64,000 bases of DNA from NCBI GenBank assembly GCA_965216755.1, contig CBDCGL010000011.1, positions 640,001 through 704,000 on the forward strand, read 5' to 3'. How positions within the stretch are numbered: the stretch's first letter is position 1; each line of letters opens with the position of its first letter. The position numbers were made by a program, and so were the translations under genes. This document shows positions 50,529-58,465 of the stretch, piece after piece. The notes beneath the pieces are model-generated. The model saw nothing but the letters and a program-made list of their open reading frames with translations. It did not search any database and was not told the DNA's origin. The stretch is from Alphaproteobacteria bacterium (GTDB lineage: Bacteria; Pseudomonadota; Alphaproteobacteria; UBA7887).

Positions 50529-52055
50529 TTATTCCCGAAACTGACCTTTATCTAAATAGTCTTTTAGCCGTTCACGTCGAAAACTCCAGAGCCGCCAGTT
50601 ATCTTGCTGATCGCGAAACTTTGTTGCAAGTTCTCTGCGCCCGCGTTCCAAGTCGTCAAGTTGCTCCCGCCACAGCCAGTCTTGCGGGCTGTCGTGGGGT
50701 TTCGGAGTCGCGTTGATTGCCCGATCGATTGCCGGTAAGGCGTGCGCACCGAGCGTGAGCAAATAGTCGGTGTCCAATCGCTGGCCACCGTTGGATGCCG
50801 CTGCCATGACATTGTGGTCAGCAATAATGAACGGCCAATTGGCCAAGCTGGCAGTGTAGAGAAGGGCGGTCAAGGCGACGACGTTGCCGCGAATCAGCCA
50901 CAAATTGGTGCGACCGAGAAAAATGCGCGCGAATATCAGCCCGAGTCCAATCAGTACCAGCAGCATCCATAGAAAGGCTGCGACCCGCCAATAGGTGAGG
51001 GCATAGACGTCCACATAAAGCCCCAATCTGTGGATGCAACTGACGACCAAGACCAAATTTTGACCCGTCCACAAAAGAATGAGAACCCGTTTGGGCAGCG
51101 CCGGTTTTGTATGCCCCTCGCCATGTGTCGCAAAGAGAACAAACGCGGCCGCCAACAGGGCCGTCGCGATGAGTGTGTAGGCGCCACGATGCGCGTAAGC
51201 GGCGTAGGTCATACCGTCAGGCAGACTGGCCCCACCCCAAAGATAGATCGCGTCAAGCGAGATCTGAACAGCAAACAGAATATTGAAAAGAACCAATGCG
51301 CGCACGATTGCTGCCTCGCCAAGGAAGCCATCGAGGTCAGTGGACGAGCGAGGCCGAGGCCAAGCGTCGGCAACTGACTTTATCCAAACCTGACCTTTCA
51401 GGCGTACGCGCAGGAATGGCCAACATGCCGCCAAGACAACGCACCAAAAAATAATGCGTGCCGGTTCGACCAGGTGGAAGAGCCGCGTGATGTCGATCGC
51501 CGCAATCGAAAGACTAACGACCGGGTTCGCGATCGTGAACAGTGTGAGGAAACAAAGGAGCAGCAGGATTGGCATCAACCAATTGGCGATGACTCGCCTG
51601 GACGTTGAATGCGCCCTGTTACGCCGTACCACTTCCAAAGTGCACGACAAGTCGGAGATCCACTGCACAAGACCACCGGCGATAAAAGCGGCGACATTGT
51701 GTAGCCATCCAATAATATCGGTCGTGGCGCGTTGGTGAATCATCAGCACGAATGAAATTACACCGATCAGACCAAAAAGAGCACTCAGGGCGTTGAGGGT
51801 CTCGACGCTGGGCAATGTGCCGCATATGAGCAAGAGTGAGCCTGTGGCGGCGTTGTCCATATGGAGATTTTCGACATTGACGATGGCCGCCGCGGTTGCC
51901 AATACCAGCCCAAAGATAGCAAAACTTATGCCGATCGGATGATGGTAAAACAGGCCATCCGCAAGTGCTGCAAGGGCAACAGCGATCACCAAGCGGGGGC
52001 GCAATCGAAATTCTTTGCCTGACCAGCGCGCGAGGGCTTCGGCTGGCGCGTTCAT
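50529..52055 (-). CDS. DUF4173/DUF4153 family polytopic membrane protein
   Basis: About 12 TMs; ANP, YLWGG..LPDGMTYAAYAHRGAY and RLGLYVDVYALTYWR motifs. Confidence 0.82.
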   Translation of the reverse strand: MNAPAEALARWSGKEFRLRPRLVIAVALAALADGLFYHHPIGISFAIFGLVLATAAAIVNVENLHMDNAATGSLLLICGTLPSVETLNALSALFGLIGVISFVLMIHQRATTDIIGWLHNVAAFIAGGLVQWISDLSCTLEVVRRNRAHSTSRRVIANWLMPILLLLCFLTLFTIANPVVSLSIAAIDITRLFHLVEPARIIFWCVVLAACWPFLRVRLKGQVWIKSVADAWPRPRSSTDLDGFLGEAAIVRALVLFNILFAVQISLDAIYLWGGASLPDGMTYAAYAHRGAYTLIATALLAAAFVLFATHGEGHTKPALPKRVLILLWTGQNLVLVVSCIHRLGLYVDVYALTYWRVAAFLWMLLVLIGLGLIFARIFLGRTNLWLIRGNVVALTALLYTASLANWPFIIADHNVMAAASNGGQRLDTDYLLTLGAHALPAIDRAINATPKPHDSPQDWLWREQLDDLERGRRELATKFRDQQDNWRLWSFRRERLKDYLDKGQFRE

Positions 52056-52298
52056 CGAAGGACGGTTCGTTTTCTTGCCGCTGCATCTTGTCGGAGGCGA
52101 TCACAGCGGTGTTGACCGAGGTTCGTGACCGTCACGGCTCGGGGAGGCAAGCTCATGCTTGCACGCCCTGGCGCGACGAGCCACCACCCGTCCTGTGCGA
52201 GGCGATAGGGAATGCGACAGGCCGGTGGTGCGATGGGACGTCGTATGCTCATATCGCGATCCTACCCGCCGCGGTTGCAGCTTGGGTCAATGACACGC

Positions 52299-52334
52299 GC
52301 AGATCACACGCAGTTTTGTGCAGTTCTTGTGCAG
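52299..52334 (-). promoter_or_regulatory. Direct-repeat OmpR/CreB-type operator
   Basis: Minus strand TGCAC-N6-TGCAC. GCAG at 52299, 52310, 52320 and 52331 (10-11 bp period). Confidence 0.55.
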
Positions 52335-52461
52335 ATCGAAACGGCGAGCGCGATTGGCGCAAGGGCACCGATGCGAATCGCTATCTGTATGAGGCCGTGG
52401 TAGGGTCTTAGCCAACCGATAACAAACAATCGCACCAAGCGCAGCAGCAAAGGACGACGTA

Positions 52462-52788
52462 ATGACTAAGTATGGCCGTGCCGTCTTCGGCGGCATTTTT
52501 TTTGTTGGTACGACTTTGTTCGCCCAAGGTGTCTTTGCTGCGGACACGGGAATACTAGAAGAAGAGTGTCATATACAACTGAACTTGGGTGATGCGGGTT
52601 GCGCCTGTGTGCGTGAGCGCGCCGACGCCATTTTGAACGACATGCAGCAGCAACTGGTAATCGCCATGGTCACCAAGGATCAGGCAGCTAGCAGTGCGCT
52701 GCGCTCCGAAATGACGCCGGACGAAATGGGCGCGGCGGCGGAATTCATGATGCAAACGCCCGGCGTGTGTGGCGGTCAAACACAGTAG
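52462..52788 (+). CDS. Small secreted Cys-containing hypothetical protein
   Basis: Signal peptide (VFA); four Cys including CAC; SD AAGGA. Confidence 0.7.
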   Translation: MTKYGRAVFGGIFFVGTTLFAQGVFAADTGILEEECHIQLNLGDAGCACVRERADAILNDMQQQLVIAMVTKDQAASSALRSEMTPDEMGAAAEFMMQTPGVCGGQTQ

Positions 52789-53333
52789 ACGGTTGTCGCG
52801 TTCCGTCGCTGGGTTGGCCGGCGCGCGATGGCGTGACGAAAAGCGATCGCTTGCGACGCCATACCGAACAAGATCGGCAAACTGAAAGCTTGGGCGATCA
52901 GGCCGATGGGGATCTCGACCATCATTTCATTGGTCAACCAATCTTTCCAAAAAACGATCGCGGTATTTGTGGTGCCGGCTGCCAGCCCCAAAGTAACCGC
53001 GCGCAAGGGAATGCCGTGAGACCGAATGGTCACCGCGAACGGCTCGACAATATATGCGTGCGATCGAGATTCGATCGTCGCTTGCCGTGCGCCGAACATC
53101 TGCGACAGTGTCACCACGATAAGTGGCGTCGCATACACAAGAGCAATCGGAAGGATTTGGACGTTTGTGTCGCCAAACACCGCGTCCGATTGGTTGAGGA
53201 TGGCGAGAGCGCTGCCCAGACCCACTGCGATAGCCGCCGCGCGAACCAACACGGCCGTGTTCAGAAATGACCAGAGCTTGGGAGCGCTATTGCACGTAGG
53301 GACGCGTGGCCGATTGTCGGCGACATGGGTCAT
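52776..53333 (-). CDS. Membrane protein with two NrtS-like hairpin repeats
   Basis: RAAAIAVGLGSALAILNQ...YATP and RAVTLGLAAGTTNT...FSLP; SD GGAGG. Confidence 0.6.
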   Translation of the reverse strand: MTHVADNRPRVPTCNSAPKLWSFLNTAVLVRAAAIAVGLGSALAILNQSDAVFGDTNVQILPIALVYATPLIVVTLSQMFGARQATIESRSHAYIVEPFAVTIRSHGIPLRAVTLGLAAGTTNTAIVFWKDWLTNEMMVEIPIGLIAQAFSLPILFGMASQAIAFRHAIARRPTQRRNATTVYCV

Positions 53334-53367
53334 GACGAACCTCCGATAACCGTGGCGTTGGCAAGCG

Positions 53368-54045
53368 TCAGAAATTTGTCGTGGATCGGATAGACGGCGT
53401 GCGCGCGGTGCGTCGAATCTCGCGGATCTTCAGCAGCACAATCAGATGCAAAATGACGAAAGCCGGCACAATGAAACTGGGGAACAGGTTGAGGGGCCAC
53501 ACGTCCATGGCTGCGCTGGTTACGCCGCCAAAAGTGAATGCTGGAATGGCGCCGGTGGACAGTGCCGCGGTGGTAACCGCTATGACAAAATCCGCAAGGC
53601 CGATCAAATGAAATTGGATCATTTGACGAGATGTCAGCCAGGCTGGATCGCGGGTAGCGCGGGCGACGACGATGGCGGCCAACACGCCAACGAGAACATC
53701 ACCAACGCCCGCCGGCCACGCAAACAACCCGGGCAGTACATCGAAGGCGTGAAGAAGCAGGAACGAAAAGCCGACGACGCGCCACAGTTGAAGCATGGTT
53801 AGCATGCGAATATCGAGGGACAACACGCGTGTGCGAATCGACGGCGACGCGCGATAGGCTGCGACAAAAGCGGCAATAGGGACGATCGCGGTTATTGCGA
53901 TAGGCGGCAGTAACGCTTCCTGTGTGTTGCGCAAGAGCTGTTCCGTTCCAATTACATAGACGCTGGCAAACCAAACAATGATCAGCCCGCCGATTCCAAG
54001 CAAATAGTCGATGTGCAAGTGTTGGTCGGTCCGTGTAGCGCGCAT
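53368..54045 (-). CDS. Conserved hypothetical membrane protein (MarR-associated)
   Basis: Six TMs; QLWRVVG, LPGLFAWPAGVGD and PLNLFPSFIVP motifs; SD GGGAG. Confidence 0.75.
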   Translation of the reverse strand: MRATRTDQHLHIDYLLGIGGLIIVWFASVYVIGTEQLLRNTQEALLPPIAITAIVPIAAFVAAYRASPSIRTRVLSLDIRMLTMLQLWRVVGFSFLLLHAFDVLPGLFAWPAGVGDVLVGVLAAIVVARATRDPAWLTSRQMIQFHLIGLADFVIAVTTAALSTGAIPAFTFGGVTSAAMDVWPLNLFPSFIVPAFVILHLIVLLKIREIRRTARTPSIRSTTNF

Positions 54046-54063
54046 GTTAGGCTCCCAAAATAT

Positions 54064-54079
54064 AAGTGTAGATACACGT
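54064..54079. promoter_or_regulatory. Putative MarR operator 1
   Basis: AAGTGTAGATACACGT imperfect palindrome just upstream of the ATG at 54045. Confidence 0.6.
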
Positions 54080-54096
54080 ATTATCACAAAAAAAGG

Positions 54097-54558
54097 TCAG
54101 TCGTCGGACGCCGCTGCGGTTGCCATTGACAAAATCTCGATAAGCTGCCGCCAGCGCTTGTCGCCAATCGTGTTGACCATGCGCGATTGGGCATCTTGCC
54201 AATGGCACTCGGCGTTTTCCAGCAGTTTCCTGCCGCGCGGGGCGAGGCATATTCTGCGTACACGCTGATCATTATCGCGATCAATACTGATCAGGTTGTC
54301 ACTCATGAGAGGTTTCAAATTTCGCGTCAGTGTCGTTCGATCCATCACGAGAATTGCGGCGAGACGGCTCAACGGAACGCCATCATAACGCTCCAGTGTT
54401 GCGAGAACGGTGAATTGGGTTGACTTGAGACCGGTCGGCCGTAGGGCCTCATCATAGAATTGCGTTACGGCGCGTGTCGCCTTGCGCAGGTTGGCGCAAG
54501 TGCAGGCCGTTACATTGGCTGGATCCAAGTCGCCTTTTTTCATTGGGGCATGGCTCAT
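54097..54558 (-). CDS. MarR family transcriptional regulator
   Basis: CTCANLRKATR..TQFYD..L.P.GL...QF, MDRTTLTRNL and DQRVR motifs. Start 54558 or 54543. Confidence 0.9.
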   Translation of the reverse strand: MSHAPMKKGDLDPANVTACTCANLRKATRAVTQFYDEALRPTGLKSTQFTVLATLERYDGVPLSRLAAILVMDRTTLTRNLKPLMSDNLISIDRDNDQRVRRICLAPRGRKLLENAECHWQDAQSRMVNTIGDKRWRQLIEILSMATAAASDD

Positions 54559-54559
54559 A

Positions 54560-54575
54560 ACGTGCATATACACGT
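54560..54575. promoter_or_regulatory. Putative MarR operator 2
   Basis: ACGTGCATATACACGT; same consensus as operator 1, directly before marR. Confidence 0.6.
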
Positions 54576-54796
54576 AATTTAGAAACACGTCAAACGAAAC
54601 CCAAACGGGGCCGGGGGCGGTCGTTATATGAAACGGATCCATTCAGCAAACGAATTGGTGGTGGGGAGGCATTACCCCGCCGATGATGGCGCCACATGAG
54701 CGGTGCGCGAAGCGCGGGCGACGACTAGGTCGAACGTGGTCGGGAGGCCTACTCGGATCGTCTACATAGCGGTGATGGACGACAGATCGTAAAACG

Positions 54797-56581
54797 TTAT
54801 TGGCTCAAGAATTTCGCCGCATCAGTCTGCCGGACGATCTGTTTGTCTTGGTCGGACGCAGACAGCGTTACGGTAAGTTTTCGTGTCATGACATATTCGC
54901 CGACAGTCGCCGTTGCGAAAGTGACTGGTTTGTTGAAAACGTATGCGGTCATGCCATCCAAAAAGCGCTTGCACGCGGTGCTGTAGCCGCCACCGGTCGC
55001 ATAACTCACACTATAAGTGCCTTCGGGCACGCTGTTGAATACGGTTTCTTCATTGCCGCGGACATAGGCCAGCAGGACCGATTGCCCAGTCTGGTCACGC
55101 AATTTGACAATTGCGTCAGTTGCACCAGCATTCTTTACCCCAAGCGCGTGGTCCCCCTGTGTATGCTGTTTTAGGATTTCGCCGCTAACGGGGCGGGCAC
55201 CGGCATTTTCCGTACACCAAAGCTGTCGCGCCAATGACCCCGGTGTCAGCGATTCGAGCGGGACATATCCGCGCAATTCGGTCTCCGTCACGATTGGTAC
55301 CCAGCCATCTAATGTGCTGTCGCCCGTGGTTCTGACCGTCGTGAACTGCGGTAGTCTGTCGACCAAAGGAAACCCTAACCCGGCGCCGCGGCGCATTTGG
55401 GCCTCAGCGACGGCGACATAGCGAAGATCAGTCGGCGCAGATACCGGCGCCGCGATCGCAGGTGCAGGCGGTTGGGCTTTCGCAGTAGGCAAATCTTGGC
55501 CTGATGCGGCGGGCGGCGGTGGAGCGGTTTCCTCGTTCGCACTCTGTTCGGTGTCAGCGATTGTCTGTGGCCCGTCGTCGATGACGTCGGACGGCGCGGT
55601 CACCACTTGCCATCCATAGACACTCCCACGCACAAGAAGCCATGCCAGGAGCACACCGATGGGCAGCGTTTGTATGATGAATGCCGGACCGCCAATTGCC
55701 CAGCGATCCTTAAGCCGACGCCCCTCATTTGCTTTGATCAGGCGATCCAGATCAGGATCACGCCGAAAGGCATTTGCTTGGCGTGCTAAGTCTCCGGCCA
55801 GGCTCATCTCGCCGCGCGCCGCGAAAGCGCGCGCCTGCCGGGCGAGCAGATCGGCGTTGCGCGCGACAGGTTTTTCGCCGCCCGCAATGTTGCGCATGAG
55901 GGCTCGAATTGTGTCGAGTGGACCACGGGGGAGGCTCCACCATCCAAGCAGCCATGTGACCAGGCTCGCGCGTATGGCAACAATGTCGGCACATTCGCGG
56001 CAAAAAATACCCTCGATGCGTTTCACCAAGGATTCGGCGATGAGTCCGATGACACGCGTGAAGACCACATAACGTGGTTGCGCGGTGATGGTGCCGCAAC
56101 GCCGGCATCGACATGGTTCCAACAAGGAGTTGGCATCCGGTGCAAGCGGTCGTGTCGCTTGCGAAGTGGCTTGGCTCGTGTCTGCGGGGTGAGGTTCAGG
56201 CCGCGGTGTCGCGCGCGCCGCTGCCGCTCTTTTGCTCTGCGCCTTTTTCTGCGCCGCCTGATGCCGTTGCGCCTCGCGTCGGCGTACTTCTGCTTGTCGG
56301 CGCTCTTGTTCTTGTGCGCGGCGTTCGGCCCTCTTGCGCGCGGCGTCTACCTCAATCCGCTGAAGATCCCGGCAAAGTTTGTCATATTCCGCGCGCGCGG
56401 TCGGATTGCCCAAAATGCCATAGGCTTCGCGGACGCGCTGAAAGGCGTTCGTGTCGTTTCCGCCGCCATCGGGATGCGTTTCCTTAACTTTGTCGCGATA
56501 TGCGCGTTTGATCTCATCCTGTGTCGCCCCGGACGCGACGCCGAGCTGCTCGTAATATCCCTTTACGTCCGTATATTTCAT
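54797..56581 (-). CDS. J-domain membrane protein with Cys4 ribbon and SH3-like domain
   Basis: YYEQLGV...IKRAYR...HPD; CRRC/CREC; TM; MRRGAGLGFP...GWVPI...GYVP. Confidence 0.8.
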   Translation of the reverse strand: MKYTDVKGYYEQLGVASGATQDEIKRAYRDKVKETHPDGGGNDTNAFQRVREAYGILGNPTARAEYDKLCRDLQRIEVDAARKRAERRAQEQERRQAEVRRREAQRHQAAQKKAQSKRAAAARATPRPEPHPADTSQATSQATRPLAPDANSLLEPCRCRRCGTITAQPRYVVFTRVIGLIAESLVKRIEGIFCRECADIVAIRASLVTWLLGWWSLPRGPLDTIRALMRNIAGGEKPVARNADLLARQARAFAARGEMSLAGDLARQANAFRRDPDLDRLIKANEGRRLKDRWAIGGPAFIIQTLPIGVLLAWLLVRGSVYGWQVVTAPSDVIDDGPQTIADTEQSANEETAPPPPAASGQDLPTAKAQPPAPAIAAPVSAPTDLRYVAVAEAQMRRGAGLGFPLVDRLPQFTTVRTTGDSTLDGWVPIVTETELRGYVPLESLTPGSLARQLWCTENAGARPVSGEILKQHTQGDHALGVKNAGATDAIVKLRDQTGQSVLLAYVRGNEETVFNSVPEGTYSVSYATGGGYSTACKRFLDGMTAYVFNKPVTFATATVGEYVMTRKLTVTLSASDQDKQIVRQTDAAKFLSQ

Positions 56582-56989
56582 GCGCACGAGTCTAAATTTC
56601 GTCCGGTCGAGCGACTCATCGGCACAGTCTTGCCCACACTGCCGCAATCTGTAGTGGATTGTGCATGGTCAACCGCACGAATGTCACGCCAGCTAATGAA
56701 CGTCCGAGTCTCCGTTTTCATGCGCTGCCATTGCCCAAGCAAACCGTACCGGACCGCCGGACGAGTCTCCATCAGCAACAGAGGCGGTCCACCCCAGCAG
56801 ACGTGCGGTTTCCACGTTGACGAACTCGTCACCGCGAATTTCTAGCAGAGGCTGGATTAACGATGTATCAATAAGCTGGCCTGGATCAGCATGCATTTGA
56901 ATATCCTATAGCGCCGATCCGAGCGCAGTTGGTGGCGGGCGATCGTTCATTTCCTGTGACGTTTCCATCAGCACGTCTTGTTGGCACGA

Positions 56990-57499
56990 TCACGCCACGG
57001 CGTGCCCCCCTTCCGGCGCGTCCAAGGCAACAATCGCAGCCCGCACGGAATCCGGAATCCGGATCTTTTCGCCAGTCGCGCTAATCATCAAAACTATGAC
57101 CGCGTCGCCGCTCGCGACAAGACCATTGGACCATACCGCATAGTCCATAGAGAGACTGGTATTGCCAAGCCGACGATTTCGCGCGGTAACCATAAAAGTA
57201 TCTTTGAACAACAAAGGTTTAAAGAACTTTTCTGACGTTTGGACAATGACTGGGCCTGGCGTTTCAGCCGACAGCGGCGGAAGGCCGACAAACTCTAGAT
57301 AATGATTGCGCGCATCCTCATAAAAGGCTGAATACGCGATATTGTTAACGTGCCCGAATCCGTCGACTTCTTGCCAGCGCGCACGCCGGATCGTGCCAAA
57401 CGACCAGCCCGGCTCAACGCCAAACCGACGCCGCTGCAGATCATCAAGCCGAAACTCCGCAGGGTTACCGAAGATGTTCATGGGACCGGACTGTGCCAT
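56990..57499 (-). CDS. Acyl-CoA thioesterase (4HBT/hotdog family)
   Basis: RWQEVDGFGHVNN..Y..FYEDAR and RLGNTS motifs. Confidence 0.88.
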   Translation of the reverse strand: MAQSGPMNIFGNPAEFRLDDLQRRRFGVEPGWSFGTIRRARWQEVDGFGHVNNIAYSAFYEDARNHYLEFVGLPPLSAETPGPVIVQTSEKFFKPLLFKDTFMVTARNRRLGNTSLSMDYAVWSNGLVASGDAVIVLMISATGEKIRIPDSVRAAIVALDAPEGGHAVA

Positions 57500-57695
57500 T
57501 CCAGCGTGGCCTTGTCACCTGGCACACTACCTCGAATATGTACTAATTTCCGGACAAATTCGAAGCAAAACAAGACTCTGCGCGCATTTTCTTCCATGGT
57601 CATCCGACTGAGTAATTGCCGCCAGCCAGCGGTGCCCGCCCCTATTTTCGCGCGGTGTAAATAGCTGATCCGGCTGGCTAGCCTGACGGCCCGCC

Positions 57696-57739
57696 AAAAA
57701 AAGTCGGGCGCTTCCCAATCTCGGAAAGCGCCCCCTTTT
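57696..57739 (-). terminator. Intrinsic terminator downstream of ibpA (possibly bidirectional)
   Basis: GGGCGCTTTCC-loop-GGAAGCGCCC followed by GACTTTTTTT on the minus strand. Confidence 0.8.
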
Positions 57740-57778
57740 ATCGTCAGAAGTGCGTCTAGCACTCCTTCTTTTGAAGCC

Positions 57779-58240
57779 TTAGGCTGCGGCCGTATTATCG
57801 ATCACTTTGCGCGGTCCATCGCCGCTGCCGATAGCAATCTTGCGTGGCTTCATGGCTTCCGGAACTTCGCGTTCCAGGTCAACATGAAGCAAGCCGTTCA
57901 CCAGACGGCCGCCCGTGACCTTGATATGATCGGCCAGCTGAAAGCGCCGCTGGAACGCGCGCCGCGCGATCCCACGGTGCAGGAACCTTCGTTCGGCGTC
58001 GTCGTCTTGGCTCTTTCCAGAAACGGTCAGCGTGTTGCTTTCCACGGTGACGTCTAGGTCATCCTCGCCAAAACCAGCCACTGCCATCGAGATCTGATAC
58101 CGATCGTCGTCGATCTTCTCGATATTGTACGGCGGGTATGCCGGTGCTTCGTCAACACGCATCGCCGCGTCGAACAGCTGATTCAGCCGATCAAAGCCAA
58201 CGGTCGTGCGGAATAAAGGGGACAGATCCAATGTGCGCAT
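57779..58240 (-). CDS. ibpA: Small heat shock protein IbpA (Hsp20)
   Basis: MRTLDLSPLFRTTVGFDRL, YPPYNIE, FLHRGIA and NGLL motifs. Confidence 0.95.
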   Translation of the reverse strand: MRTLDLSPLFRTTVGFDRLNQLFDAAMRVDEAPAYPPYNIEKIDDDRYQISMAVAGFGEDDLDVTVESNTLTVSGKSQDDDAERRFLHRGIARRAFQRRFQLADHIKVTGGRLVNGLLHVDLEREVPEAMKPRKIAIGSGDGPRKVIDNTAAA

Positions 58241-58340
58241 GTCACATCCTCCGTAAGAGCAATATGATCCTTGGGTCCAGCCTAACTGCGACCCATTTGC
58301 AGGCGTCGCGTCCAGGCCCGACATTCGGCGCCTTGCGACA
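58238..58340 (-). ncRNA. ROSE-like RNA thermometer in ibpA 5' UTR
   Basis: SD-proximal hairpin ATATTGCTCTTACGGAGGATGT with U(U/C)GCU opposite the SD; upstream hairpins. Confidence 0.72.
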
Positions 58341-58346
58341 AATCCG

Positions 58347-58374
58347 ATATGGGGAGGCCGAACAGCATGTCAAG
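58347..58374 (-). promoter_or_regulatory. sigma32 (RpoH) promoter
   Basis: CTTGAC-N14-CCCCATAT. Confidence 0.85.
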
Positions 58375-58465
58375 GGCATGGCTGGACAGGCGGAAAGGTG
58401 CGCGGCAAACTGCCCTGCGACGCGGAGTTCAACCGTGTCCCGCGATCGAACAGGAGGCGACGACG

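Noticed and set aside
54655-54750. tRNA 3'-end-like fragments (TGGTGGTGGGG, TGGTCGG) as att sites
   Set aside because: Matches are too short, there is no T-loop and no integrase.
56578-56950. Short ORFs upstream of the J-domain gene, one containing RGDEF
   Set aside because: No other GGDEF-domain features; probably chance or an unrecognisable remnant.
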